A stretch of DNA of 43,209 nt from Macrostomum lignano. Its lineage: Eukaryota. The first letter of the stretch is position 1. Every line of letters starts with the position of its first letter. The notes beneath the pieces were generated by a model. That model ran no database searches and was not told the origin of the DNA. It saw nothing but the letters and a program-made list of their open reading frames with translations. The translations under genes were made by a program, and so were the position numbers. Location of the stretch: positions 1 through 43,209 of the forward strand of contig NIVC01000972.1 of the NCBI GenBank assembly GCA_002269645.1, read 5' to 3'. Positions 1 to 13,980 of this stretch are shown piece after piece.

Positions 1-1610
1 TCTGCGTCATCACACAAAACGGTTTTAAGAGAGACTTCAATGTGACTAACGATTTCGGCTTTAGAAAGAATCTTTAGTGACAGAAATTCGATCTTAATGT
101 GGATTTTCTTTGAATGCGTTGGAAATCTAAGGTCTTTATTCCTAATTCGTATGAAGCCTGCATTATTGCAGATGCTTATAAATTGTTTGAATTGCCTTTG
201 TTACCTATAGCTAACTGTCAAGCTGGAGTGCATGTACATGTGAAATTAAAGTCGTTTAATCAAAGTAAAATTATTTTCTGTTTCTGTTTCTTGTCGATGT
301 TGCCATATGTACAGTACTAAATGCACTTTTACTCTGGAGAACGTTTTTAATAACAATCTCGAATCAGTGGAACTTTTGTATCGTCACAGCAAGCAATAAT
401 AAATAATGTTAATTTTAGCACTCGTAAAAATCATTAAGAACAAAATGAAAACTTCTCGAAATCATAAAATAACTTTAAAGCTAAAAGTTTTTATTCAGTT
501 TTGAAGAATAAAAGCGAAGCAAAACATGTTTGAGAAATTTTAAATAAGAGTAAAAGAGACATTTTTTTCACTTCTATTAAAATGTAAACGGACGATTACA
601 TGTATCTGTAGTAAAAAAATTCAGAGAAGGTCTCGTAATTGTTGCAATTAATATGAATTTGAATTAATAGCGAAGTTAACGCACAAAGCTTTAACTACCA
701 ATAATTGTATTTAGTTTGACTGGGTAAATCGGACTTAGCTATATCCTGGACTTATCGTATTCGAACGTAGATCAACTTGACATAGCTGTTATTTCATCCG
801 ATGGTTATATAGGCGAAAAGTAACTGCCTAAAGCTGCTTGGCAGACGTCATTCGCGCCACTGTAGTCATACAGCACGATAAAAGTTGGTCGAATCGGAAA
901 ACTTTAGCTCGCTGAAAAAACCCATTAGCAAAAGTAGTCATTTTTCAGTGTTGTAGCATTACCTGTACAGTTGTGAGTTCTAAACAGACTTTGCAAAGAT
1001 TTACTTTTTTGTCAAGTAGAAGAACAGGAAACGAACTTTCTTGGAAAAATCTTTAGGAGGCAGGTTCTACAAAAATCAGTAGAGCTATAAGAAAGGCAAG
1101 TCATATCAAATTATGAACATTATGTCTTTAATAAAAAGCAATTAAAAAAGTTTAATGAAAAACTGAAAACTTCCATTCCCCGTAGCGTACATGTATTTTC
1201 GGGAAAAATCTGCCTACTAAAAATTTTCAAGAAACGTTGTTCCCCGACCTTCTTGAGTAGCTAGTTCTTAAATACAGCTTGATAAACATGGGCGGCACGA
1301 CACATACATGTTATCTTACCTTTAGCTTGGCTAAACATCGGGGGGTGACATGTTGTAAATTTACTGACATAAAGAAACTTACAACTTCCCATCTCGCCAA
1401 TGCATTATGCAGCGAAGTTGGAGACCAATAATTTTCACAAGTTTCAATATTCGAAAAGTACAGTTACTCAACTCGCAGTTAGAGTGAAGCAAGCGGGAAT
1501 AAAGTCTGGGAAAATACAGCGACACGAATGGATAATAACTCGACATTGCGGCAGATACATGTAGAAAGTATATTTTAAAACTAAAATTGTACTGTCAACT
1601 TTTTCTATAA

Positions 1611-1790
1611 CTATAGGCTTTTCTTCTTATGCTTCTTGGGCGACTTGACTTTCTTGTCGATCTTTGAGATGGTGATGCTCATGTCCTGGATGTCCTCGTA
1701 CAGATCAGACATCTTAAGATTAAGCGTCTGGATCTGCTGCGGTGACAGGTGCATCTCGCGCTTCTTGATCTCTGATTGGAGACTCTCGAG
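1611..1790 (-). CDS. PH-domain/coiled-coil protein, terminal coding exon (LESLQSEIKKREMHLSPQQIQTLNLKMSDLYEDIQDMSITISKIDKKVKSPKKHKKKSL*)
   Basis: Acceptor ttccctgcag| before 1790; 60 codons in phase 0 ending in TAG at 1613-1611; phase matches the donor at 4553; heptad-like amphipathic sequence and polybasic C-terminus. Confidence 0.8.
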   Translation of the reverse strand, partial: LESLQSEIKKREMHLSPQQIQTLNLKMSDLYEDIQDMSITISKIDKKVKSPKKHKKKSL

Positions 1791-1875
1791 CTGCAGGGAA
1801 TGTGGTGGTGATCGTTATCGACTAAGCATGATAATGTTTGCATGTACTTGGCAAGTTAAAGTTTGACTTGCATAA

Positions 1876-2050
1876 ACTTGCTTAATTTATGACATACTAG
1901 CTTGATTCATGACATACTTGCTTGATTCATGACATACTTGCTTGATTCATGACATACTTGCTTGATTCATGACATACTTGCTTGATTCATGACATACTTG
2001 CTTGATTCATGACATACTAGCTTAATTCATGACATACTTGCTTTAACTCT
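1876..2050. repeat. 20-bp minisatellite (acatacttgcttgattcatg)n, ~8 copies, intronic
   Basis: Tandem units read directly. Confidence 0.95.
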
Positions 2051-2620
2051 TGACGTACTTGCGCAGGCCTTGACATCAGAATCTATGCAGGTTAGTTATA
2101 TTTACTTAGGATCGATTCTGACTACTAATATTACTATAAACGAATCGAATTTCGTGGACCCTAAGCAAAATTCGATCATTTCGACAGCTCGCAGCGGCCG
2201 TCGCAGAAGCATTCTCAGGCCCTGTACGAATCCAACGTACAAAGGAAGCCTATGCTGATGAAGCTTCCCTAATTGGAGACGCTAATTGGGCTCTGGGGGA
2301 GGGGCTTAGAGACTTCTGGGTGGCGCTCCTGTCAACTGAGTTGGCCTGCTTGTTTGTGTGAGACGGATGAGAAGGGTGCCGCAGCTGCTGCGATATGAGG
2401 GGGAGAGAGCTTTCATTTCGCTAAGGCCTTCCCGCGGACTCGGACATACCTAGGCTGCTTTCTACGCACTATTAACTGTAGCAGTTACTACTGTATTAGA
2501 TTTTGAGAATTTAATTTCTCTCAATACTGAGCTTGAGAACCTATGATATGTACAATAATTTTAACAAAACTAGAATGCCGTTCATTGCTTACTGTCCCCA
2601 GACACAATGGTAAGTAAGTG

Positions 2621-2857
2621 TTGGCCATTATTCCACAGCTGCTCCCCAATGTACATTTACCCTGTGTACAAATTTCATCACGTGACATTTCCGCCGCGTT
2701 TATTATCTATACAAAGTACAAACACGTATACGGAATAGGCAAAATACATATACAATGCACTTGCTGAATTGAATAAATAGCCGAAATACGAGCACGCGTA
2801 GGGAGAAAGTCAATGAGGTAAATGTACATTGGGGAGCAACTCTATAGTAATGGCCAA
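2621..2857. mobile_element. MITE-like element, ~237 bp, with ~41-bp imperfect terminal inverted repeats
   Basis: 2621-2661 ttggccattattccacagctgctccccaatgtacatttacc versus reverse complement of 2817-2857 ttggccattactatagagttgctccccaatgtacatttacc; the inner 22 bp are identical. No clear TSD. Confidence 0.65.
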
Positions 2858-3132
2858 ATCTAATTGCTATTGTACAACGCTCAAGCGTGCATACGATGGA
2901 TTGACATCTCTGCACGAGAACACAATAAAACTTAGTGATAGACGCATTCCCGAATGATATAGCCAATAAGTGAATGCAGTTAATCATCTTTTTACCATAG
3001 ACGTTATAATACTTTACATAAAAAATACTTGGTAGATCAATCAGTGTGCAGACAATGGCGCATTATTGCATTATTGAACTTTGTCTGTGGTAAATTTGAA
3101 GTCTTCTACACCAGTTGGCTCTACTAGTCGTC

Positions 3133-3986
3133 AATGTCATAGATGCACGGCTAGCTTGATCTTGCAATAATGCCATAGATGTACGGCTTGATCTTGCAAT
3201 AATGCCATAGATGTACGGCTTGATCTTGCAATAATGCCTTAGATGCACGGCTAGCTTGATCTTGCAATAATGCCATAGATGTACGGCTTGATCTTGCAAT
3301 AATGCCATAGATGTACGGCTTGATATTGCAATAATGTCTTAGATGCACGGCTTGATCTTGCAATAATGCCTTAGATGCACGGCTTGATCTTGCAATAATG
3401 CCTTAGATGCACGTCTTGATCTTGCAATAATGCCTTAGATGCACGGCTTGATCTTGCAATAATTCCATAGATGCACGGCTTGATCTTGCAATAATGCCAT
3501 AGATGTACGGCTTGATCTTGCAAAAATGCCATATAGATTCACGGCTTGATCTTGCAATAATTTCAGAAATGCACGGCTTGATCTTGCAATAATGCCTTAG
3601 ATGCACGGCTTGATCTTGCAATAATGCCTTAGATGCACGGCTTGATCTTGCAATAATGCCTTAGATGCACGGCTTGATCTTGCAATAATGCCTTAGATGC
3701 ACGGCTTGATCTTGCAATAATGCCTTAGATGCACGGCTTGATCTTGCAATAATGCCTTAGATGCACGGCTTGATCTTGTAATAATGCCTTAGATGCACGA
3801 CTTGATCTTGCAATAATGCCTTAGATGCACGGCTTGATCTTGCAATAATGCCTTAGATGCACGGCTTGATCTTGCAATAATGCCTTAGATGCACGGCTTG
3901 ATCTTGCAATAATGCCTTAGATGCACGGCTTGATCTTGCAATAATGCCTTAGATGCACGGCTTGATCTTGCAATAATGCCATAGAC
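3133..3986. repeat. 32-bp minisatellite (gatcttgcaataatgcc[a/t]tagatg[c/t]acggctt)n, ~26 copies
   Basis: Tandem units read directly; explains the repetitive ORFs at 3063-3621. Confidence 0.95.
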
Positions 3987-4553
3987 ATTGGTGCGCTAAC
4001 TCTATCTCTCCATTGTGCGAACGCGAAAGTCTCTCTTTTTACCATAGACATCCATTATTTGCACGCCTATGCAGTATTCTTAATAAGAATCAAGGAGTTC
4101 TACTAGTAGAGAGCTGGATATAATCCAGTCAAAGATCTTGAACCAATAAGTAATTGAGCCTCATGGGTTCAAATTGAAAGAAAAATTCGTTTCCACTCTG
4201 GATGCTAATTATAAAACTCCTTGTATAAATGAAGGCTTAAATGAATCTCAGTGATCACGGACATTTTACACACATTAGAGGGTCTGAAAAAACTGGGAAG
4301 GAAGGGAGAAATCACATGAACTCTACAATATCCTCATGGAGCCTTCGACTAAGCGTTTATATTAAGTAGCTCGTAGACTACAATAAACTGCCTGGAGAAG
4401 CCATATCTGGATTGTCCAACTCACAAGTTGATGTCCTCCATTAACGACAAACCGATGAGTGCATTGTGTAGCATAATTTACTTTGTGACAATTGACTTAG
4501 TGTCAATCCGTCATTGCGTCAGGGTGAAAGTGCATCCGTATACGAGCTCTCAC

Positions 4554-4682
4554 CTGAATCTGGGTAGAGATTCGCCGACGCCTGAGTTCGGCAATTTCTT
4601 CCGGCGTCAGCTGATCGATCGATTCCTGCGACGAGCGCCAGATTTCCAGTTTCTTTAGCTGCAATTTCCGAATGGACACTGG
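4554..4682 (-). CDS. PH-domain/coiled-coil protein, internal exon (PVSIRKLQLKKLEIWRSSQESIDQLTPEEIAELRRRRISTQIQ)
   Basis: Acceptor ctaatttacag| and donor cag|gtgaga; 129 nt, phase 0 to 0, no stop; not in the ORF track. Confidence 0.75.
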
Positions 4683-5028
4683 CTGTAAATTAGAGAATCT
4701 GAAGTAAACTAAGCTCCTACAAGTATTAGAAGGATTAGAGATCGGAGTAGGGAATACGAAGTAATTACCTGAAGTGTGAGATTCATTTTATTGCATGATT
4801 TGCCTTTCTCGCTCCTAATTGCAAGTACTGAAGTATACTCGTACGAACTGGAGTATCATTTTTTCTATTTTTAGCAGCAAGTCAAGCTAGCGATGGGTTC
4901 ATTTTGGCAGCTACAGTGCTCACAGAAGAACGCTATTATGCACTCGCAAACCGTGCAACTTTGCTGCAAAATGCTTTTTTTGAGATTCGATGTTTTTTGA
5001 GCAATCTATAGTATGCGTACTAATCAGT

Positions 5029-5190
5029 TGTAGCTGGCTGGATGGTCAGAGCGTCGGACTAACGACTGAAAGGTCAGGGGTTCGATTCTCGACCTACTCG
5101 GAACAATTTGTGTCCTTGAGCAACACACTAAACTCTGCATTGCTTCAGCTCACCCAGCTGTAAAATGGGTGCCAGCATTAGCTGGGGTAA
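5029..5190 (+). mobile_element. tRNA-derived CORE-type SINE, copy 1
   Basis: A-box-like tagctggctgg and B-box ggttcgattc, then gtgtccttgagcaacacactaaactctgcattgcttcagctcacccagctgtaaaatgggt, which aligns by eye with the MIR CORE domain; second copy at 24748-24917. Confidence 0.8.
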
Positions 5191-5302
5191 TTGAGGGTGT
5201 GTGTGGCGACTCCCCGCTCCCCTAGTCCTTGGACTGAACAGCTGTACGCAGTCTTCAAATGCGCCGAGCAATAGCTGTTCAGCTGTCCAGCTGGTACCTC
5301 AC

Positions 5303-5496
5303 CTGACTGTCTTGACCCTCATCATCATCGTCAAAGTCTCTCCGGCCGATTTCGTCCGGATCGTCGCCGATGCAATCCACAGTGATGATCGGATTGGTCG
5401 TGCTGGTGTAGCCGCAGGCTCCCACTGCGCTGTACTTGCTGCAACCGACAGGCGACTCTGCATTGAACAGACGGTTCATTGTCGATTGCTTGCAGG
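5303..5496 (-). CDS. PH-domain/coiled-coil protein, internal exon (..PCKQSTMNRLFNAESPVG..DFDDDDEGQDSQ)
   Basis: Acceptor tttgtcttctacag| and donor cag|gtgagg; 194 nt, phase 1 to 0, fits both neighbours; overlaps ORF 5279..5509. Confidence 0.8.
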
Positions 5497-5638
5497 CTGT
5501 AGAAGACAAACAGATTTATTTAAAAAAATTACCTGTAAAAGCATGCATCCACATGAAACATGATGCACAGGAAAGGAAATTTACTAAATTTATATTAACT
5601 CAAGGTAAGGCTGTTAAAGGAAACTTTAAATTTGTTTC

Positions 5639-6035
5639 TGGAATATAGAAAGTGACATTGGACTCGCTTCAGGAATATAGGAAGTGACATAGGACCCGCC
5701 TCAGGAATATAGGAATAGAGCATAGGACCCGCTTCAGGAATATCTAGGAATGTGACATAGGACCTGCTTCAGGAATATAGGAATAGAGCGTAGGACCCAC
5801 TTCAGGAATATCTAGGAATGTGACATAGGACCCGCTTCAGGAATATGGGAATGTGACATATAGGACCTGCTTCAGGAATATAGGAATGTGACATATAGGA
5901 CCTGCTTCAGGAATATAGGAATGTGACATATAGGACCTGCTTCAGGAATATAGAAATGTCACATAGGACTCTCTTCAGGAATATAGGAATGTGACAGCAC
6001 CTTCCTCAGGAATATTGGAATAGAGCATAGAAGCA
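5639..6035. repeat. ~32-36-bp degenerate minisatellite (caggaatataggaatgtgacataggacc[c/t]gctt)n, ~11 copies, intronic
   Basis: Tandem units read directly. Confidence 0.9.
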
Positions 6036-6492
6036 GGAATTCCATAAGCATTGAATAAGTGTACCTAAGAGTCTGAAAAGTACATCTAGCTCATTTCGCG
6101 TTTGCACAGGGTGCTTAGCTAAGCTAGAAAGCATTCCTATGTAAATAATACGTGCAAATTTCAATCCCACATTATTATATTAAAGTAGTTTTGCAGTACA
6201 CTTTTTGCAGAGATATTTCAGCTTCACGAACTGATCGATCAAGCGCTTCTCATAGAGTTTCTCTCGGCTTTTTCATTCATTTAGAAGCTAGAAGACTTAA
6301 AATCGATCGTCTGCGTCTGAAATCGATGTTAGCAAGGCTCACTTTACCGAAATTTCGATTATTTCGTGTCTGGATTAGTGAAACGTGAGCATTCGCTGGA
6401 TAAAATAACTTCCTGCTATTTGTCCTTCTGATAGGTGTTCCAGAACGCTATCGAACACTATCGCGCAAGAGGCCTCATAAGGAGACAGTGTC

Positions 6493-6979
6493 TTGGAGAA
6501 GCAACCTCATTTACTGACATCCACAAGCGATGTGGAGAAGCAACCTCATTTACTGACATCCACAAGCGATGTGGAGAAGCATCCTCATTTACTGACATCC
6601 ACAAGCGATGTGGAGAAGCATCCTCATTTACTGACATCCACAAGCGATGTGGAGAAGCATCCTCATTTACTGACATCCACAAGCGATGTGGAGAAGCATC
6701 CTCATTTACTGACATCCACAAGCGATGTGGAGAAGCATCCTCACTTACTGACATCCACAAGCAATGTGGAGAAGCATCCTCATTTACTGACATCCACAAG
6801 CGATGTGGAAAAGCATCCTCACTTACTGACATCCACAAGCAATGTGGAGAAGCATCCTCACTTACTGACATTCACAAGCGATGTGGAGAAGCATCCTCAT
6901 TTACTGACATCCACAAGCGATGTGGAGAAGCATCCTCATTTACTGACATCCACAAGAGATGTGGAGAAGCATCCTCATG
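6493..6979. repeat. 39-bp minisatellite (tgtggagaagcatcctcatttactgacatccacaagcga)n, ~12.5 copies, intronic
   Basis: Tandem units; a period divisible by 3 explains the three repetitive ORFs. Confidence 0.95.
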
Positions 6980-7135
6980 TAACGCTTACAGCGATTCAAG
7001 AAACCACAATCCCATTGTCTTACCTTTTGACGGATTGTTTTCAATAATAGAATATTTTTGGCGAATATCTAGAAGGTTGATAAAGTTAGTAACTAACGAG
7101 AGGCTGTGAGATAGGGACTCTGACGCATGACTCAC

Positions 7136-7196
7136 GCTTTCCTCCCAATTCGTCCAAGTTTGTGCACGAAGCCATCATCTCTCGGCTTCCTCGGCT
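7136..7196 (-). CDS. PH-domain/coiled-coil protein, 61-nt exon (SRGSREMMASCTNLDELGGK+)
   Basis: Acceptor cattcacttttcag| and donor c|gtgagt; phase 0 to 1 exactly bridges the phase-0 donor at 7667 and the phase-1 acceptor at 5496. Confidence 0.8.
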
Positions 7197-7667
7197 CTGA
7201 AAAGTGAATGAAAGTGTTTGAAATTCAGCACACGATTGGTAAGTAATGCAGACGCCTATGTGAGCTTATTATACGATTTTAATACGTCCTGTAACGGTAC
7301 GAAGTCGGTCATAGTTCTGGTGTTTTGTGCAGAGCTTCGTGCAGAATGCCTAGGCTAATGACCTGTACTAAAAAATTAAAGCCAGGCTTCTTAGGTTCAC
7401 TGGTCGTTGCCACATTGCTTTGTGGTTTAATTTATCCGGGCAAGTCGCGCGCCTAGCTTAAAAGATTTTGCGGAGAAACATCGAATGATTAGGAATAATT
7501 AAACAGGATTTTTATGCTTTTCTTTGATGCGAGCTCTCCTGGGAGTTGCCCCAGCGTGTCCCTGAGCATAGAAAGAGCAATAAGCCAAAGCGAATGGAGA
7601 CTGAGTGGACCGGAGGAGACCCGTCAGGAATAGCCGTTCCCCAGTGTGTTCGGGGGGGTTCACTTAC

Positions 7668-8645
7668 TATCGTAAGCCCGAGCTTGCCGTCGTTTCGCCT
7701 GAAAGTCGTTGGCGACTCCTGTCTGCTGTCATTCGCCGAGGACAGGTTGTGGAAGGAGTTGCTCAGGCCGGAAATGCGCCTGGCTTGGAGCTTGCTCATA
7801 CACTCCAGCGTGCGCTGTTCGAGGCGTCGCTCGCCGCGCAGCACAGCGTTGAGCGCCTCCTCCCAGCGTTTGAAGTCGAACCGATCGAGCGGTGTCAGGT
7901 AGACGCACTTCTTTGAGTTTGAGAAGCGCAGCACCAGAGTTTTGGCCGCGCCTCCGGTCATCGCTATGGCACCAGCCAGAAGGTCCTTCTTACCGGCGCC
8001 CACCGTGTCCTCAGTCACGTCCAGTTCCGATAAGTTTTCCAAGTCTATTTCGTACTCGGCATTACAGGCGCCGCTCCGCTTCTTGAACATGTACATCGTG
8101 CCGCCTTTCAGCACCGTCCACAGTTTCTGACGCTTGGCCTTGGCCTTCCTGGCTACGTTCATATTGCTCTCCAGATCGGCATTGGCGATGGCCCCGTAAA
8201 ACATTTTCGAGTTCTCAATGACCGGGGCGCTGAAGTTGAAGTAGCCCCACAGCGAGTCGAATTTCTTTTTAAAGAACTTGGTGGAGCAAGGACTGGACGA
8301 AAGCGGAACCTGCGACAGCAAGGACGCCTGGGAAACGTGACGCGACTGCGACTGCAGGCCAAGAAAGTTGGGCTTGGCCTCCAGCGGCAGAGACACGAAC
8401 AAGCTGGTAAGGTCCAGCTGCTTGGCAGCGCACAGCAGCTCGAATAGGCTCTGCGAGTTGAAGCTGGTTGGGGTGAACTCCATGCGGAGGCATTGCGATG
8501 ATATCATGATTGAGTAGCAGTTTATGATTTCAAGCCTGGCGTGGTGGAGAAACACAGTCAGGTGCGAGGTCATCTCGCTGCTCAGTGCCTGCCACTGCGC
8601 CTTGCTCATAACCTGGTCTGTCCAGCGAGTGATCTCGGCGGCGAC
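7668..8645 (-). CDS. PH-domain/coiled-coil protein, large exon carrying a pleckstrin-homology domain
   Basis: Open frame (ORF 7512..8609 extended to 8645); donor ata|gtaagt. PH-like signature KRQKLWTVLKGGTMYMFKK...EYEIDL...LVLRFSNSKKCVYL...FKRWEEALNAVL (beta strands plus C-terminal helix with the conserved Trp). The acceptor ctctctgaag| is weak; the in-phase cag at 8615-8613 is an alternative. Confidence 0.8.
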
Positions 8646-8679
8646 CTTCAGAGAGTTTGTTTCGGTTGCAGGTTATTTC

Positions 8680-9158
<479 letters not shown>

Positions 9159-9182
9159 GAATTATTGCAGAGCACAACACAC

Positions 9183-9550
9183 CTGAGCATTAGTGTGGGT
9201 GAGCAGCGCTAGAGAGTCGGCCAGAACCAGCAGCACTCGAAGCGGCTCCACCGGAGGCCCCAGCCGAACCTCGCAGACGAAGTCTGGCAGCAAAATTTCG
9301 CTGGGCGCCACCTGGAAGGCTTCGGGATCCGCGCCAACCGCCGCTGAACTGCCGCTGGCTTCCTGCGGCCACTGGGCGGAGAACTCGCGCAACCGTTGCA
9401 GGCAGTTCGGCGTGAAAGTCGACTGCCGTGCCCGAACGATCTTGTGCGAGTTGACTACTGTGAGTAGCTTCGGCTTCACAGCCACGTCCCAGCTTTGACT
9501 CATTGCCTGCTTGCTGATTAACAAGTCGCAGTTAAATTTCAGCTTGTCTT
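9183..9550 (-). CDS. PH-domain/coiled-coil protein, 5'-most recognisable coding exon (first in-frame ATG at 9503, MSQSWDVAVK..; ~620 aa if that is the start)
   Basis: Acceptor ttttttacag| and donor cag|gtgtgt; open frame equals ORF 9162..9524; in phase with exon 8645. Whether upstream coding exons exist is unresolved. Confidence 0.7.
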
Positions 9551-9770
9551 CTGTAAAAAATAATGTAAAAAACTAGCCATTAAGCATTGGAATTAATTAG
9601 GCAAAAGTGCAATTTCCATCACTTCTTCCGATCTTTTCAATGAGGATTTTCTTGGCTTTTTAATTCACTTTTTGATGAATTCCTTTTTAGGAACTAAATT
9701 CATTTCATTCAATAAAATTCAATGAGCTGCATATTCCGCACATTAGACTATAGACAAGTGTATATAGATG

Positions 9771-10346
<576 letters not shown>

Positions 10347-10353
10347 CAATTAC

Positions 10354-10483
10354 CTTTTCTTCAGTGTCTTCTTACGCCTTTGATCGCTTCTCCCAGTCGC
10401 TCAGTGTATTAATTTTCAGCTCCCCAGTTAGGATGCGGGCAGGGTCAACGGGACAGCAGCAGTAACAGAGGAGTCAGAGGGAT
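10354..10483 (-). other. candidate non-coding (5' UTR) exon of the PH-domain gene
   Basis: Acceptor gttctttgattgcag| and donor aag|gtaatt; stops in all three frames. Confidence 0.4.
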
Positions 10484-13444
10484 CTGCAATCAAAGAACTT
10501 TGGATACTCTAGTGCGAGGTGAACGTTCCACACATGGGGACAGTCGCGCTCACATTTAAACAGAGCTCTGGGAACCCGCTGGAAGATAGGGGAGAAATAG
10601 AAAACGGAGACGACAGAAAGAAGAAGAGGATGCAATGAAGATGAGAGGCTGAGGCATGGGATGGGGAGTAGCTGGGAACAGTTGGGTAGGTGAGGCGAGG
10701 ACGAGGCTCAGTGAGGGGGCGCGTGGGTGAGCATTCAGCCTCCCTGTCTCACAGAATGGCGAAGGCGCCGAGGGCAGCTCAGGGCAGTGGTTGTTCCCAC
10801 CTGTCAGGTGATTATCAACTGCTGTCTGCGCTGCCTGTCAGTCAGCCGACAGCTTACTTGTTGTGCTCCTGCTGTGCAAGTCATTCCAGATTCTAGCTGT
10901 GGTTCTCCTTGGCCAGAGATAAGAAGACTGTCTGGATAGAGCCTATATAGTATATAGGACATGTAAGCCATGAGATGGTCAGCTGATCAGCACTGACGCC
11001 TGTAACAGAAGCTGTTGTAACCTGCGGTTTTAACATAGCTAGAGTGTCTGATTTTTTACGCACAACGAGGATGCTGCTCACAACAAAAATGATTGTCAGC
11101 ATCTTCGGCAGTGGAGCCGAAGAATTTAAAGTCTTCTTATTCCAAGGAAATTCGCACTGAAAAGCTGACCAAATTAATCAATAATTTGTGACAGGCTAAG
11201 GCCAAAATCTTAGCCAGTCAAAATCATTTTTTTGAGATTTATTGTCGGCCTCTTTTCTTAAGAATTCGATTTACGGAGTACCATTTACCCCCCCCCCCCA
11301 AGGATCACTGTAATATAACAGGACGTTAAACTCAACGATTTTTGGAGGCCAGATTCCTCGAAAAAATACACTGCGGAGATAGGAAAAATCAATGATTGCA
11401 TTTGATTTGGTGCAGTGAAGATTAGAATTCTTTTTATTTAACAAGCGCAACAGGAAAGTTTCATTTTCATACTATTTTGTTAATTTCATAAGCCTAAAGT
11501 TTCATGGGCTTGTAGGAACTAAAGTTGAGCCAATGCCACTTGTGAGTATTAAAAAATTATGCATATTTAAGCATAATTAGCTACATCTTATACGAGTACT
11601 CAAAGTTCAAATACAATCCTTTGAGAACAAGCTGCTGTCCGAAAATTCGTAGCCGCATCCTTGACGTCGCACTGTATAGCAGACACCGCTGCGACACTGA
11701 AGATTGGCAGAGTTTAACTAAACCTCATCTTAAACTGTCTCTCTCCTCTGTCGAGGGCTTAGGCTAGGACTTCAGGTGTGTTCCGACTCTTCCCTCTACC
11801 TTATTGCTGCGTTTTGCGTGCAGCTCTCTGTGTCCGCCATCCTTTCTCTTTCTACTCGACTTTGACTGTGCAGACCCAGGTGCTTGAGGCTTATAGTTGA
11901 GCCCTTCCCAGATGCACAAAGCGTATTGACTGCGTTTGTATCCGAACTATGCATGGAGAGGATAGAGGGAGAGAGAGAGAGAGAGATAAGAGGGGAATAA
12001 ACAGCCGGTCGACTCCCCCAGCTCACCGTTTTGCGCGCTACATAATTCAAAAGCGAATCACCTGGGGGGGGAGGCTGCATTTAAGCATTGAAGCGCTGGC
12101 GATCTGCTTTCTCGCTACCAAAAATACCCACAGCCTCTCTCATGCGTCCCCGATGCTTGCATAGATTTGAATTTGCTGAAAAGAATAGGGAGATGCAGGG
12201 AGATAAACGAAAAGATTACTTTATAAATTGCTCAGCTTGTCACATTTCTTCAGAGGATGTGAGCTCACTGTATCCCTGTCTCGTATCTTTGAAAATAGGC
12301 AAAGCGTTTGCAAGCAAAAACGATGAAATCAAGCCGCTATAGGGAGATTTCTCTTCAGCAGAGGCAAAATATGGAAAGAATTGTCCCAAAGACAGAAAAT
12401 AAAGTATTTGCAGAAATGCTTCAGCAAAAAACCCGCTTTTTGTTGGCAAAATCAGATGAAACACAAGCTGTAGTGAGTAATCTGAGTGTACTTTAGCAGA
12501 TAAGAAAAATTTGTCCTTCTTCGTCAATAAAAGCTGCACTTCAGCCTCGGCAAACTATCAGCTGCGTTAAACATTCTCTATGACGTCAGAGTCACTCCAG
12601 ACTGGATGCTGCCGAGCTGCTTTTCGGCCTCTGCATTCCGGACGACTTCGAGACAAGGCACTGAGATCGCGATGGTGGACAGGCAATGGGGAGCTACAGC
12701 GAAGTTGTCTGCAGTTCTTCTACCTCAAACGGTCTGGTTCCTGACGTCCGCGAGAATCTGCGATGCTCGCCTTTTGTCCTGTGAGGGCGTTGATGCCAGA
12801 GAGGTTGGCTCTGTTCCAAGCGATGGTCCCGGACCATCCATTCTGTTTCCTGTCGCCGTATTCAAACGCCGACTTCTACGATGGACTCTACTCCAGCTAT
12901 TAACTCCACACAAAATAAGTCTGTTTGCCCGCTTGTCAACTCCGAATTATACAGATGCACTCCATTTTGCATTGGTTTGAAGTGTACGCAGAGATGCCAC
13001 TTGAAATATTTCTGCTTTTTTTTCAAATAGCAACAATTTCTGCAAGCCCAGTACAAGGAAGCAATGCTGAAGGCTTCAAGTTGAAGTTATCGATTTTCGT
13101 GTTATTGAGGCAGGATTTCAAGTAACATGTTAGACTATTCATAACCAGTTGGGAAAGCATAGAATTCCGGTTTGTAAAAAAATCACTTGTAAAATCACTA
13201 ATTGTCAATAGTAGTTTTGATATCATTGTGCGCTCATTTTGCATTTGCTTTGCGAATAAAACTAAACTTATTCGATACAAAAATTAGCTTACATCAGACC
13301 ATATACTCTTGCCCTGTATGTTGCACTGACAAAAAAACCGAATTTTAACTAATATTTTTCTTTTGAAGCAACCCCAATAAGAATGACAATTTTTGTAATT
13401 CTATACTCAAAGTAAATATCCCTTTCAGGTTGTTACCGCGGCTG

Positions 13445-13857
13445 TCAGGACATGATGACGTCGCAGCAGAACAGCAGTAGAGCCAGCGCTATGAAGAACC
13501 AAAGCACCGCGACGCTGGCAATGATGAACTTCTTAATGAACTGGCTGCACACCCGGTGCTGCTCCTGCTTCTCCGGGTGGAACAGCATGCCGCCGGTGAT
13601 CACCAGCAATAGCGCAAAGATGATGGCACCCAGAGCAATGGTGGTGACAGCAATCGTGCAGATGGAGATCAGATCCTCAAGGCAGCGAATTCCCATCAGT
13701 CGGAAGAGAAACAGCGGCGCCATGACTGCGATGACGGTTGAGCACAGGCCGATGACCAGGAGCAGGATGGGCGAGTCCAACCAGATTCGGCAGCCGGATG
13801 AGATCTGAGTCACAGTGCCAACCACCATAGTGATGGGCAGGATGAGCAGCAGAAACA
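13445..13857 (-). CDS. four-TM protein (TMEM272-like), coding exon 2
   Basis: Acceptor atttgccttccag|, phase 1; hydrophobic helices, LILPITMVVG..SGC..PILLLVIG and ITGGMLF..VC..F pattern resembling TMEM272-family proteins by eye; TGA at 13447-13445. Confidence 0.8.
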
Positions 13858-13980
13858 CTGGAAGGCAAATTTTGAGGTGGGTACAAATGACAGAAACTCG
13901 CGCCGGCCGAAACTGCAACTTAATTTGCTGAGTTTGTGTTAGACTTGCAGTTTTCATTATTTTCAGAATCGGTGTTCTCA

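Noticed and set aside
3133-3986. CRISPR-like periodicity in this and other 28-45-bp arrays
   Set aside because: Units are head-to-tail with no unique spacers, no cas genes are present, and the DNA is eukaryotic.
5029-5102. Possible tRNA gene (AAC/CAC loop, Val-like)
   Set aside because: Acceptor and anticodon stems pair poorly and the sequence runs into a CORE domain; it is a SINE head.
6435-7109. 224-aa ORF of CGEASSFTDIHKR repeats resembling collapsed C2H2 zinc fingers
   Set aside because: It is a 39-bp intronic satellite open in three frames; only one Cys and one His per unit; no pattern of synonymous-biased variation.
11291-11331. Tc1/pogo-like terminus (minus strand tacagtgatccttgggggg)
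   Set aside because: No partner TIR found.
12590-12880. GC-rich coding-like patch with several short open frames on both strands
   Set aside because: No consistent splice pair or homology; could be an upstream exon of the PH gene or 3' UTR of the four-TM gene, unresolved.
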